NCBI GenBank assembly: GCA_022703055.1
Contig: JAKLEP010000002.1
Coordinates: forward strand, 224,480-288,479
From: Candidatus Omnitrophota bacterium
GTDB taxonomy: Bacteria; Omnitrophota; Gorgyraeia; VGKH01
Length of the DNA: 64,000 nt
Reading direction: 5' to 3'
Shown: in pieces, positions 1-9,647 of the stretch
How the letters are laid out: each line of letters opens with the position of its first letter
How positions within the stretch are numbered: the stretch's first letter is position 1
Program-made: the position numbers and the translations under genes
The notes under the pieces: generated by a model
Database searches by the model: none
The model's input: the letters and a program-made list of their open reading frames with translations, nothing else
What the model was told of the DNA's origin: nothing

Positions 1-523
1 TTCTACCTCTGACATAAGGCACCACACAATAAGAGCAGAAATTGCTGCAGCCTTCGGAAATCACCACGTAGGCGTGATTTTTGTCCTGGCGGAAATTAGA
101 GACGTAAAAATCCTGCTCCCGCTCCATAGTGCTGACTGCCAAGGCGCGCGACTTCTCCTTAAAAATATTCTTGATTAAAATAGGAACGCTTAATAAATCA
201 TTCGGCCCGGCGACCAAATCTACATTGGCTGCGCGCCTGAAGATCTCATCCTTATAATTTTGAGCCATGCAGCCGATAACGCCGATAATTGGTTTTTTAT
301 GGACTGGCCTCTTGTGCTTTTTCTTCAATTGCCCGAGGTTACTCCAAATCCTCTCCTCGGCATGCTCTCGGACAGAGCAGGTATTAAATAAAATAACATC
401 GGCATCGTCAGGCGAATCCGACATAACGAATCCCGCCTCCTGAAGCAAACCAGCGAGAGCTTCGGAATCCCGAACATTCATTTGGCAACCATAATTTTTT
501 ATGTACAGCCTTTTCTTATTCAT
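1..523 (-). CDS. miaB: tRNA (i6A37) methylthiotransferase MiaB, N-terminal part; the gene continues past the left window edge
   Basis: Absent from the ORF track because it is truncated. Hand translation from the ATG (complement of 521-523) gives MNKKRLYIKNYGCQMNVRDSEALAGLLQEAGF...VISEGCSNFCSYCVVPYVRGR. This is an MTTase N-domain followed by the radical-SAM CxxxCxxC motif. Confidence 0.85.
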   Translation of the reverse strand, partial: MNKKRLYIKNYGCQMNVRDSEALAGLLQEAGFVMSDSPDDADVILFNTCSVREHAEERIWSNLGQLKKKHKRPVHKKPIIGVIGCMAQNYKDEIFRRAANVDLVAGPNDLLSVPILIKNIFKEKSRALAVSTMEREQDFYVSNFRQDKNHAYVVISEGCSNFCSYCVVPYVRGR

Positions 524-597
524 TGTATTTTCTTTACTTCTGCCTATCTCTTTCATAACTTATTTTTTCCAAAAGATTGAGCTTTTTCGGTTTTGGG

Positions 598-626
598 AAT
601 ATATTATTTTAGGTATGATCCTGCAA
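598..626 (-). promoter_or_regulatory. Candidate sigma70-type promoter for miaB (TTGCAG-17 nt-TATATT)
   Basis: Hexamers read on the minus strand at 626-621 and 603-598 with a 17-nt spacer. It lies in the 122-nt gap between the radical SAM gene and miaB. Confidence 0.35.
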
Positions 627-645
627 ACTGTGCGTCTCATTTTGA

Positions 646-1716
646 TTAGTATAACTCGCATCGATTACAAGGAGACAGCAATTTTCTATGTTCCGATAAG
701 TGCTGATTACGTAAATACGAATATTTTTCACCCATCCAGATATCTTTTAACGAAGCGTTCTTTGCATTTCCCATGTTTAGATAACTTCTATAATCAACAT
801 CGCAGGGATTGCATGTTCCATCAAACCAAACATACATTCTCTCCCAAAGTAGATTGCATGATTGACAACTATCTATGGGTTCATTCTCATAAGTATTCCA
901 TCTTTTAACTGCAGGAGCTAATGTAACAGTATCAACGATCTGTTTCCAAAAATCATAGAATTTTTCCTTGTCCTGATACCCCATATAAACACCAGAGATT
1001 CTTGCTGATGTTTTCGAATATTCTTTTTTTGATTTTTTTATCTCACAAAAACGCCGTATGTTTTTCTCTATCAAATCAAAATTCCCGCCTTTTCTAATTT
1101 TCTTATACTCTTCTCTGTTACTGCTATCTATCGAAAATACAACAATATCAACACCTGAATCAAGTATTTGATAGCATAAACTTTCAGGCAAGATTAAAGC
1201 ATTTGTATTAATTTTTAATTCGAAAAACTTGCCTTTGCAATATTCCAACATCTGTTTAAACTGTGGATGTAAAGTTGGCTCGCCCCGCGAAGCCAAAGTA
1301 AGGGCTTTACATTTATTTTCCAGTGCTTGATCAACTAAATTCTTAAAGAAAATAAAATCGATTATTCCTCTGTTATTTCTTTCTCTAAAGAACTTATCAT
1401 TTTGAAAACACATAACGCAACGGAGATTACAAAATGAAACCGGCTCTATTAATAGATGTAGCGGGAAAGGGGCAACTTTCTTAAACTTAGGGTAAAACCT
1501 AAATTTATATCGATGAATAATATAGTCGATGATGTTCTTCTCGTCATTTTTCTGAATCCATTCAGCCTCTTGGGGTCCCACTATATTGTTAAGGTTCTCT
1601 AAAATATCATCCTTCAAAGCTGAATCGAGATTCTTTGCCTGCCGTACCTTGAGTTTGATAGATTCTAAATTAATAACATTTCGGTTTAAAAACTCAATAT
1701 CCTGAGAATTAAACAT
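646..1716 (-). CDS. Radical SAM protein with a Cys-rich SPASM-like C-terminus, probably sugar or metabolite modifying
   Basis: 356-aa ORF. CNLRCVMC (CxxxCxxC) lies about 95 aa in, and there is a C-terminal cysteine cluster (CQSCN...CNPCD...CNRC). The region is visibly AT-rich compared with its neighbours. Confidence 0.7.
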   Translation of the reverse strand: MFNSQDIEFLNRNVINLESIKLKVRQAKNLDSALKDDILENLNNIVGPQEAEWIQKNDEKNIIDYIIHRYKFRFYPKFKKVAPFPLHLLIEPVSFCNLRCVMCFQNDKFFRERNNRGIIDFIFFKNLVDQALENKCKALTLASRGEPTLHPQFKQMLEYCKGKFFELKINTNALILPESLCYQILDSGVDIVVFSIDSSNREEYKKIRKGGNFDLIEKNIRRFCEIKKSKKEYSKTSARISGVYMGYQDKEKFYDFWKQIVDTVTLAPAVKRWNTYENEPIDSCQSCNLLWERMYVWFDGTCNPCDVDYRSYLNMGNAKNASLKDIWMGEKYSYLRNQHLSEHRKLLSPCNRCELY

Positions 1717-2661
1717 TTATTTCTTTTTATTTTTCATATCTTCAAGAATATCTAAGAAAATTTCGTTTGATAACAGATTTCTTTCCGATGACGCTTCAGA
1801 AAAGCTTTGTTTTGATTTAACCGCTGAAATAAAATATCCAACAGAGCTTTTTAAAGAATCATTATAAAAGTCTGCAGTCTTTCTTGAAATAACAGGAGGC
1901 GACTTAAATAGACCTTTTTCATCAAATATCTCTCTTGGCCCCTTTACTATAACCTCATTATTATCCCAGCTTATAAGCTTTTCGGATGTAATTATGTCTA
2001 TCCTATTATAGTAGGCAGAGGTATAACTCAAGAATAATTCTGCGATGACACCATTAGCAAACTCCATGTTTATCCCAAAATTATCTACTGAATCTCCATA
2101 CGGAGAAATGTTTCTGGCTGTGAACCTGTAGTATTTCGGCTTTCCGAAGCAAAATAAAAGCAAATCAAATAAATGTATTCCAGTTAGTTGAAAAACACCT
2201 AAAAAAGCATTCGAGGCTTTACTCCTCCAATTCAATTTATATTCTGGCCTTAAGGCCAAACCAAATCCACATTTATAATCAATATGCAAGATTTCTTCAG
2301 AAAGTTGTTCTAAAAGTTGGCATAGCTCACTTTTTCTATAATTAAAATTGTAATAGAGTCTTGGGTTTCTATATGATTTTAAGAATTTCAAGCCCTCTCT
2401 GTCAACAGCGGGGATTTTCTCGCAAAAAATATAACCTTTATACCCTTTTAGTTCACGAAGATATTCAACATGGGTGGTATCTGGCGATGCAACGACAATG
2501 AAATCACAATCAAATAGAACGTTAAGATCGTTGGTAAAATCCAAACCTTCTAAAGTTTTTGTGGGATGATAAAAAATATACTGCTTAACAAACCCTGTTT
2601 CTTTGAAAAGATCATAAAGCTTGGCAGCAAAATGTCGATATCCGATAAATCCTGCCTTCAT
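1717..2661 (-). CDS. Gfo/Idh/MocA-family NAD(P)-dependent oxidoreductase
   Basis: 314-aa ORF with an N-terminal Rossmann start (MKAGFIGYRHFA) and an EKP-like motif (IFCEKIPA). It is contiguous with the radical SAM gene (1716/1717). GGAGGA lies upstream. Confidence 0.6.
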   Translation of the reverse strand: MKAGFIGYRHFAAKLYDLFKETGFVKQYIFYHPTKTLEGLDFTNDLNVLFDCDFIVVASPDTTHVEYLRELKGYKGYIFCEKIPAVDREGLKFLKSYRNPRLYYNFNYRKSELCQLLEQLSEEILHIDYKCGFGLALRPEYKLNWRSKASNAFLGVFQLTGIHLFDLLLFCFGKPKYYRFTARNISPYGDSVDNFGINMEFANGVIAELFLSYTSAYYNRIDIITSEKLISWDNNEVIVKGPREIFDEKGLFKSPPVISRKTADFYNDSLKSSVGYFISAVKSKQSFSEASSERNLLSNEIFLDILEDMKNKKK

Positions 2662-2663
2662 AA

Positions 2664-2807
2664 TTAATAATCCTCCTTTTTATCACCGGCGTCTTTCGTG
2701 GAAACAACCAATAAAAATCCCGAATCTTGCAATAATCCATAGAGGGCCTCAGAATCACGTTCGTTCATCTGGCATCCGAAAGTTTTAATACAGATTTTTT
2801 TCGACAT
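2664..2807 (-). pseudogene. Orphan 47-codon 5' fragment of a MiaB/RimO-type methylthiotransferase gene
   Basis: Hand translation gives MSKKICIKTFGCQMNERDSEALYGLLQDSGFLLVVSTKDAGDKKEDY*. The first ~42 aa parallel the N-terminus of the intact MiaB at 523, and the ORF then stops. It starts 8 nt after the antiporter stop codon. Confidence 0.45.
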
Positions 2808-2815
2808 AAAAATAA

Positions 2816-4282
2816 TTAGGCGAGATTATTAAAAACCATGATTATATCTTGGATTTTCCTAAGATCATCGTCGTTAGCAAGCACCAACAATGCGTCCCCG
2901 CCCTCGATCACTGTTGAGCCGCTAGGAACAATAAATTTATCATCGCGTGAAATAAGAACAATGAGGGCCTTGGCAGGCATGTTAAGCTTATGAATCGCCT
3001 TACCAACAATCGCCGAGTTGTAAGGCACAACGATATCTGTTAATTCCGCATCAATCCCTTCTATTTTCTCAAACTCTATCGGGTAATTTTTCTTACGGGC
3101 TAACGGGACATCCAATCTTAACAACTTGGAAACAAAAGGAATCGATGTGCCTTGAATAAAAACTGAAGCAATGACAACGAAGAATACGATATTAAAATAA
3201 ACGTCCGCCTGCGGTATGCCGGCGGTAAAAGGAAAAGTAGCCAAAATAATCGGTACCGAACCCCTCAAGCCAACCCAGGCTAACATTGTTTTTTTTCGTA
3301 AATTCATCGGGAAAGGCAACAGGCACAGAAACACGCTAATAGGACGGGCAACCACCATAAGAAGAATAGTAAGCAATAATCCTGCGACGGTAAGCGGAAC
3401 AAGATGGGAAGGAAAAACTAGCAAGCCCAGCGTAACAAACATGGCAATCTGCATCAGCCACGCCAAGCCATCGTGAAATTTCATGATGCTTTTTTTGTTC
3501 TGGAACTCAGCCCTCCCCAAGCCTAAACCCGCAAGGTAAACTGCAAGAATACCATTGCCTTTCAGAAGAACAGCGATTACATAAGTGAATAAAACCAAAG
3601 AAATCGTTACTACCGGATAAAGCCCCTCGTATTCCAATTTCAGGCGTTTAACAAGAAATACGATAACGCTAGCCATTAAACAGCCTGCAAATGCACCCAT
3701 GCCCATGTCCAGCACGAACCACGGAATAAAAGAGAGAATACTTGAGCTTTGTATCGTAAGAAGATTTATAAAACCCAAAGTTAGAAAAACTGCCATCGGG
3801 TCATTGCTGCCGGATTCAAATTCTAGTAACGGCTTAAGCGGAGTTTTGAGGCTTATATTTTTTGACCTTAAGATATTGAAGACAGCAGCGGCATCTGTTG
3901 AAGACACAATAGAACCAAGAAGCATACCCTGCAGAAAAGAAAACTTGAGGATATACATCGCGAACAAACCTGTGATGACCGCGGTAAATAATACCCCCAA
4001 TGTCGAAAGCAAAATTCCCGGCCAAATAATCGGCTTAGTCTCTTTCCAATTAGTATCAAGGCCTCCGGAAAAAATAATAAAAATAAGGGCCACAACGCCG
4101 ACCGACTTGGCCAGAGGCGCATTATGAAAATATATACCCCCTATCCCCTCGGAACCGGTAAGCATCCCTATGGCCAAAAACAGCAATAAAACAGGCACAG
4201 CGAACCTATCTGAGAGCTTGCTGGAGATAACGCTCACAAATAATAATACTGCTGCCCATAATAAAATAGATTCAAGTGTCAT
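2816..4282 (-). CDS. K+/H+ (cation/proton) antiporter, CPA1 NhaP2/CvrA-like, with a C-terminal TrkA-C/RCK_C domain
   Basis: 488 aa with about 12 TM segments, then a soluble tail (VVPYNSAIVGKAIHKLNMPAKALIVLISRDDKFIVPSGSTVIEGGDALLVLA) typical of TrkA-C. Confidence 0.8.
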   Translation of the reverse strand: MTLESILLWAAVLLFVSVISSKLSDRFAVPVLLLFLAIGMLTGSEGIGGIYFHNAPLAKSVGVVALIFIIFSGGLDTNWKETKPIIWPGILLSTLGVLFTAVITGLFAMYILKFSFLQGMLLGSIVSSTDAAAVFNILRSKNISLKTPLKPLLEFESGSNDPMAVFLTLGFINLLTIQSSSILSFIPWFVLDMGMGAFAGCLMASVIVFLVKRLKLEYEGLYPVVTISLVLFTYVIAVLLKGNGILAVYLAGLGLGRAEFQNKKSIMKFHDGLAWLMQIAMFVTLGLLVFPSHLVPLTVAGLLLTILLMVVARPISVFLCLLPFPMNLRKKTMLAWVGLRGSVPIILATFPFTAGIPQADVYFNIVFFVVIASVFIQGTSIPFVSKLLRLDVPLARKKNYPIEFEKIEGIDAELTDIVVPYNSAIVGKAIHKLNMPAKALIVLISRDDKFIVPSGSTVIEGGDALLVLANDDDLRKIQDIIMVFNNLA

Positions 4283-4379
4283 AGTTTAAATCGCCACGTC
4301 CTACATTAAATCTTTCTAATCATAGACGAATATAATATATTATAATTTATCCAGTTAAATACGCCATATCTATTTTCTT

Positions 4380-5141
4380 TCATTTTTCCGCAACAACAAG
4401 CATTTCGAAATCTTCTGTCGTCAACTTATCGTTCCTAGAGAATGCCCCTAGCTTCGCGCCAAAGATATCGATCTTCGTAAACTTAAGCGAATTTAGCAGC
4501 CACGTTATCTCGCTGGGCACATAATAGCGCTCGTTGCATTTTAATTCCTTTTTATTTCCCGAGTCATCTTCGAAGGAGACGGTGTTGTGGTCTCTGAAGG
4601 TCATCAGGTCAAAGGAACAGTCTTTACACGCGGAATTGCCTTCTTTGGTCGAGGATTCATAAAATTCCTTGACCGAATGAAACAACGGGAACAATCCGTT
4701 TAATGCGGTGAAAATAAGCTTGCCTTTACTTTTCAGCGCTTTTGCTGCATTCTTGAGGATCTCAAAGTTCATCTTATCTGTTTCCATAAGAGAAAACCCG
4801 CCTTCGCATAGCATAATTGCCAGATCAAATTCACCGTCAAACGGAAGATTTCGTGCATCTTGTGTTTGGAAGTCGATGGTCAAGCCCGCCTCTCGTGCCT
4901 TTTCCCTTGCCCCTTTGATCTGATTCTCGGAAAGATCAACACCGATCACATTATATCCCCTCTTTGTCAGTTCAATCGCATGGCGTCCGGTACCGCATCC
5001 GATATCAATAATCTTTAGGGATTTATCGCGATTGATCTCTAGCTCAATAAAATCGCATTCGCCAATCGTTCCCTGAACATAACATTCTTTATCATATTTC
5101 TTCGCGTAATTCTCAAATAATGACTCGTACCATTGTTTCAT
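4380..5141 (-). CDS. Class I SAM-dependent methyltransferase
   Basis: 253 aa with motif I (IIDIGCGTGRHAIEL) and an acidic loop (VIGVDLS). Confidence 0.75.
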   Translation of the reverse strand: MKQWYESLFENYAKKYDKECYVQGTIGECDFIELEINRDKSLKIIDIGCGTGRHAIELTKRGYNVIGVDLSENQIKGAREKAREAGLTIDFQTQDARNLPFDGEFDLAIMLCEGGFSLMETDKMNFEILKNAAKALKSKGKLIFTALNGLFPLFHSVKEFYESSTKEGNSACKDCSFDLMTFRDHNTVSFEDDSGNKKELKCNERYYVPSEITWLLNSLKFTKIDIFGAKLGAFSRNDKLTTEDFEMLVVAEK

Positions 5142-5161
5142 TTTACCGCTCCTCTATTGTA

Positions 5162-5740
5162 TTAATAATTCTCCGCAAGCACTTCATAAAACGACTGCGG
5201 ATGCTTGCAGGCAGGGCATTCTTTGGGGGCCTCAGATCCTTCGATAACATAACCGCAGTTAATGCAGTGCCATTTTGTCGGCTGCTTCTTCTTAAATACT
5301 TCGCCGTTGGCAATGTTATTTATTAACTTACGGTAACGCGATTCATGAAATTTCTCAACTTTAGCTATCTGCTCAAAGGAACGCGCCACTTCCGGGAAAC
5401 TTTCGTCTTTTGCCGTCTTGGCAAAATCGGAATAAAGCATTGTCCATTCCATATTTTCTCCAGCCGCAGCCTCTTCTAAGTTTGCCTTGGTATTTTTAAT
5501 CGCCCCGGCAGGATAACTTGCCGTAATCTCGACGTCGCCACCTTCCAGATATTTAAAAAATACTTTGGCGTGCTCTTTCTCATTTTCTGCTGTCTCGGTA
5601 AAGATATTTGCAATCTGCTCAAAGCCCTCTTTTCTTGCCGCGCTGGCAAAATAGGTGTACCTATTTCTTGCCTGTGATTCTCCGGCAAACGCCTTTAATA
5701 AATTTTGCTCTGTCTTTGTACCCTTGATTGATTTAGCCAT
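5162..5740 (-). CDS. rbr: Rubrerythrin
   Basis: 192 aa. The ferritin-like diiron domain starts [26 protein letters not shown] with E..H motifs. The C-terminal rubredoxin carries CINCG...CPACKHP. Confidence 0.9.
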   Translation of the reverse strand: MAKSIKGTKTEQNLLKAFAGESQARNRYTYFASAARKEGFEQIANIFTETAENEKEHAKVFFKYLEGGDVEITASYPAGAIKNTKANLEEAAAGENMEWTMLYSDFAKTAKDESFPEVARSFEQIAKVEKFHESRYRKLINNIANGEVFKKKQPTKWHCINCGYVIEGSEAPKECPACKHPQSFYEVLAENY

Positions 5741-5755
5741 TTTGGCTCCTTTCTT

Positions 5756-6127
5756 CTACTTACTTCTTCCCCGTATTTTGATGCCCATACTTCTTAATTC
5801 ATCGGTCCTTTTTTTAGAACATTCCATGCAAAAGAATTTAGGCTCTGAATTCCTGCGGTCGTAATTTGGGGCTAAAACTAGCCTCCAGAGGCTGGTTTCT
5901 TTTCCGCAACTATCGCAAACCCCTTTTTCTTTGAAATGCCACATCTCGACTGCCTTGGAGGTAAATATAAATTTATCTACCCAAAAGAATATGCATCCGC
6001 CTATTATATTCGCTATTATTGTCGACCATATGCCGACACCGAGGTGCCTAACCACCAGCCATAATATCGGCGTACTCAGCTGCCATCTAAATAGATATAA
6101 AGCGAATCTTTTCAAGTTAATCACCAA
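5756..6127 (-). CDS. Hypothetical membrane protein with two predicted TM helices and a C-terminal Cys4 zinc-ribbon-like tail
   Basis: 123 aa with a hydrophobic N-half, then CDSCG...28 aa...CMEC and a basic tail. It sits directly downstream of feoB. Confidence 0.4.
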   Translation of the reverse strand: MVINLKRFALYLFRWQLSTPILWLVVRHLGVGIWSTIIANIIGGCIFFWVDKFIFTSKAVEMWHFKEKGVCDSCGKETSLWRLVLAPNYDRRNSEPKFFCMECSKKRTDELRSMGIKIRGRSK

Positions 6128-6169
6128 AAATACCTTTCTTTTTAAAAGACCTCTAATATTTATACGATA

Positions 6170-7900
6170 TTAATGCAGTATTAGAAAATTAAGCGCGGTA
6201 CCGACTATGATACTTATAGTTATCATTATTAAAGTTGACTTGATTAAATCTTTCAAGCCCAACTCTCTCCATAAAACTATAAAGGTAGCAATACAAGGAA
6301 ATGATATCGCCAATAATGTGGCAGAGATAAACAGCTGCTTAGCCGAAAGGCTTAACGGCATCAGCATGCCGACAGCAACGTCTTTTCTGAAGAAACCGAT
6401 AACCAAAGCTACTACTGATTCTTTGGGCAAACCAAATAATCCATTAAGAAAGGGAGCAAAGATAGCGGTGATAAAATCGAAGAGCTTAAAATAAATCAGA
6501 ATATTTATTAGCAGCACGCCAGCGATAACCACCGGGACCGCTTCAATAATAAAACCCTTTATACGAAAATAAAGTTTTTGACCCAGCATAGCAAGCGGCG
6601 GAAACCTATAGGGCGGAATTTCTAAGAGCAATTCCGGGCTGTAACCTTTAAGCATCCGGTTTAATATCAAGCCTAATATTATAACTAAAGAAAATAATAC
6701 TAGGTACACTCCTCCGACGTAAAATCCTCCAAAATGGCCTAGTAAACCGAATATCATTGCTTGCAAGGGAACACAAGGCACGCCGATGGAAATGATGGTC
6801 GAGGCAATAAACCTTTCGCGTCTCGATTCTAAAATCCTTGTCGACAAGATACCCGGGACATTGCATCCGAAACCCAGAAGCACAGGAATAATCGCATATC
6901 CATGAAGTCCCAGCCGATGAAGAATATTATCCAACAAGATAGCCAGCCGCGGCAGATATCCTATATCCTCAAGAAGGCTCAAGATAAAATAAAAAGCAAC
7001 GATATAAGGTAAAACCATCCCGAATTCAATGTAAGGAGCGGTAGTCAATACGCCCAATGATTGCTTAAAATCGATTTTCCCGTCGATCAAATCCCCGATG
7101 AACAGATGGAACCAAAAACCTTTTGCCTGCCAATGAAGGGTCATTTTCTCCAAAATAGGCTGATACAGATTAAAAAATATGGGATCAGTTATCCGGGAAA
7201 TGATTGTCTCTCCGATAAAACGCACGATTTTAAACGAGGCGTAGATAATACCCGCCGCCATGAAAATCCCGGTCAGCGGCCGGACAGATGCATCCTCTAA
7301 AATTTCTCTTACGGTATGATGGCGATGCTCTAAATTTTGTACCTCCTGGACAATCCTGCCTATCTCTTTCCAGCGGTCTTCATTAGTCAGCCTATTTCTT
7401 GAAACAGAAGCGCCTTCTGTTATCCTGGAGATTAACAATTTTATACCCAGGCCTGTAACCGCGCAGGTTGAAATTACCGGCACACCGATCAACTTTTCTA
7501 ATTTGATGGTATCAATCTTAATCCCCCGGTGGCCGGCATCGTCGCACATGTTTAAGCTGACGATTACAGTATACCCCTCTTCAATCAATTGCAAGGTCAA
7601 AAGCAGATTCCTTTCCAGATTGGTCGCATCAATAATATTAATTACCGCCATTTCATTTTTGGGATATTCTTTTAAAAGCGACACAGCCACTCTTTCGGCT
7701 TCAGAGCTAGGCTCAAGTAAATAAGTCCCCGGAAGATCGACGACCTCAACTCTTTCCTCGCCTAATCTGAGATAACCTTTGCTGATTTCTACGGTCGTCC
7801 CCGGATAATTCGAAGAGATAACCTGTACACCGGTAAGGCGCGAAAAAACTACGCTTTTGCCTACATTAGGATTTCCGATCAGATAAATTTTTCTTATCAT
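6170..7900 (-). CDS. feoB: Ferrous iron transporter FeoB
   Basis: 576 aa with an N-terminal G-domain (GNPNVGKS, DLPG) followed by a polytopic membrane domain. It overlaps feoA by 4 nt. Confidence 0.9.
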   Translation of the reverse strand: MIRKIYLIGNPNVGKSVVFSRLTGVQVISSNYPGTTVEISKGYLRLGEERVEVVDLPGTYLLEPSSEAERVAVSLLKEYPKNEMAVINIIDATNLERNLLLTLQLIEEGYTVIVSLNMCDDAGHRGIKIDTIKLEKLIGVPVISTCAVTGLGIKLLISRITEGASVSRNRLTNEDRWKEIGRIVQEVQNLEHRHHTVREILEDASVRPLTGIFMAAGIIYASFKIVRFIGETIISRITDPIFFNLYQPILEKMTLHWQAKGFWFHLFIGDLIDGKIDFKQSLGVLTTAPYIEFGMVLPYIVAFYFILSLLEDIGYLPRLAILLDNILHRLGLHGYAIIPVLLGFGCNVPGILSTRILESRRERFIASTIISIGVPCVPLQAMIFGLLGHFGGFYVGGVYLVLFSLVIILGLILNRMLKGYSPELLLEIPPYRFPPLAMLGQKLYFRIKGFIIEAVPVVIAGVLLINILIYFKLFDFITAIFAPFLNGLFGLPKESVVALVIGFFRKDVAVGMLMPLSLSAKQLFISATLLAISFPCIATFIVLWRELGLKDLIKSTLIMITISIIVGTALNFLILH

Positions 7901-8130
7901 TCTATCTCCACAAGAATCTTTGATGCCATTCCGTGGCCTAGAGCCAATATAGTCCTGCCCACCTTTATCACTACCGGGCCCCTTAAGCCTATGTGGCTGA
8001 GCTTGGTGATTTCCTTTCCTTTATACAGCCCCATGCTCATCAATTTATTATTCAAACTCGCGCCTCCCAAGACATCTACAACCTTGCCCTTAAAATCAGA
8101 CTTCATTAACACAAGAGATATCTTCTTCAT
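7897..8130 (-). CDS. feoA: FeoA-family ferrous iron transport protein
   Basis: 77-aa SH3-like small protein directly upstream of feoB and translationally coupled to it. Confidence 0.8.
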   Translation of the reverse strand: MKKISLVLMKSDFKGKVVDVLGGASLNNKLMSMGLYKGKEITKLSHIGLRGPVVIKVGRTILALGHGMASKILVEIE

Positions 8131-8143
8131 AATTGAAAACTCC

Positions 8144-9454
8144 TTATTTATTGTGAGGCAGAATTTCTAACCCCGAGGCAGCGCCTATGCCTTTGGCCAC
8201 TTCCGGAATAATGCCTTTCTTGACATATACAGGACGTACATTCTTTCTAAGCTCGGGTAGATTTTTGGTAAAGATAGCGGCTCCTAATATGCAACAGGCG
8301 CCCCCCACTATCAAAGTATTAGGCGCTCCGATAGAATCTGCCAGAGTCCCGGCCAACAAGCTCCCAAACGGCGCCATACCCATAAAGGCCATGGTATAGA
8401 AACTCATGATCCTTCCGCGCTTGTCCTCATCGACGATAGTCTGCAAGACAGTATTGCTTGCTGCCATCTGAACCATCATGGCGAATCCGGCAATGCATAT
8501 AACTGTCATAGAGAACCATAATACCTTAGATAAAGCAAAAACTATAATCCCCAAACCGAATACCGCCGATGACAATGCGATCCTTTTCCCCAGCCCGATA
8601 ACGCTTTTTCTTCCCGCAAGATAAACCGCGCCCGCAAGCGCGCCTATCCCCGACATCGCCATCAAAAATCCTAGAGTTTGAGGGCCTCCATGAAATATGT
8701 CTCGGGCAAAAACCGGCATCAGAATCTGATAAGGCACGCCCATAAGGCTTATCAAGCTCAAAAGAAGCAAGATTGATTTTATCGGCATGAAATTAAAAGC
8801 ATAAACAAGCCCCTCCTTCAAATCATGCACAATATGATTTGTGGAAAGTTTTATTTCCCGAGGATTGATTTTCATCGCCAACAATGAATATATCACGGCG
8901 ATATAGCTTATAGCATTCAACAGGAAACAAATCCCTTCGCCAAAAGTCGCGATAAGTATCCCGGCCAGAGACGGCCCGATTAACCTTGCCAAATTAACCA
9001 TTGATGAATTTAAGGCTATGGCATTTCCTAAGTCCTCTTTATTCTCAATCATCTCGACGGTAAATGCCTGGCGCACGGGAATGTCTAAAGAACTTATCAA
9101 CCCAAGAAAAATACTTAGCACCATAATCTGCGCCACGGTTATTGTGCCGGTAAGAACCAAAATCGACAAAACCAAAGCCTGCAGCAAAGCCAGGCTCTGA
9201 GTCAAAATTAAAATCTTGTGGCGATTATGCCTGTCGGCGATAACGCCGGTGAAAGGCGTCAAGAGAAAAGTCGGTATCTGGCCAACAAATCCTACAATAC
9301 CGAGCAGCAACGCTGAATTTGTCAACCGATAAACCAGCCAGCTCATTGCCACCATCTGCATCCATGTACCGATTAAAGAAATGCTTTGTCCGGCGAAAAA
9401 CAGACGGTAATTCCGATACTTTAGCGCCCGAAAAACTAGCTTAAAATCTACCAT
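8144..9454 (-). CDS. MFS transporter
   Basis: 436 aa with about 12 TM segments. The start (RNYRLFFAGQSISLIGTWMQ) is typical of the MFS_3/EntS-like subfamily. Confidence 0.8.
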   Translation of the reverse strand: MVDFKLVFRALKYRNYRLFFAGQSISLIGTWMQMVAMSWLVYRLTNSALLLGIVGFVGQIPTFLLTPFTGVIADRHNRHKILILTQSLALLQALVLSILVLTGTITVAQIMVLSIFLGLISSLDIPVRQAFTVEMIENKEDLGNAIALNSSMVNLARLIGPSLAGILIATFGEGICFLLNAISYIAVIYSLLAMKINPREIKLSTNHIVHDLKEGLVYAFNFMPIKSILLLLSLISLMGVPYQILMPVFARDIFHGGPQTLGFLMAMSGIGALAGAVYLAGRKSVIGLGKRIALSSAVFGLGIIVFALSKVLWFSMTVICIAGFAMMVQMAASNTVLQTIVDEDKRGRIMSFYTMAFMGMAPFGSLLAGTLADSIGAPNTLIVGGACCILGAAIFTKNLPELRKNVRPVYVKKGIIPEVAKGIGAASGLEILPHNK

Positions 9455-9551
9455 ATTATTAAATTTATATTGAATTCCTTACCCTGCTTTAATAACACCA
9501 ATCCGTTTTGTAAGCAATAACCTATTGGAAATCAAAAGGGTTAGAGAAAAT

Positions 9552-9580
9552 ATTATCCCACAATATTTAAAATTAGGCAA
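9552..9580 (-). promoter_or_regulatory. Candidate promoter for the MFS-feoAB run (TTGCCT-17 nt-GATAAT, with TGG immediately upstream of the -10)
   Basis: Read on the minus strand at 9580-9575 and 9557-9552. It would give a leader of about 90 nt. Confidence 0.3.
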
Positions 9581-9647
9581 GATTATTAAAGCGAATCAGA
9601 CCATACCGCAAGGAAAGGTTTTTACTAGATAAGATTATTCTATGGGC

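Noticed and set aside
501-908. 135-aa plus-strand ORF spanning the miaB start and the radical SAM gene 3' end.
   Set aside because: It overlaps two supported minus-strand genes and the promoter spacer. Its low-complexity hydrophobic translation is typical of AT-rich shadow frames.
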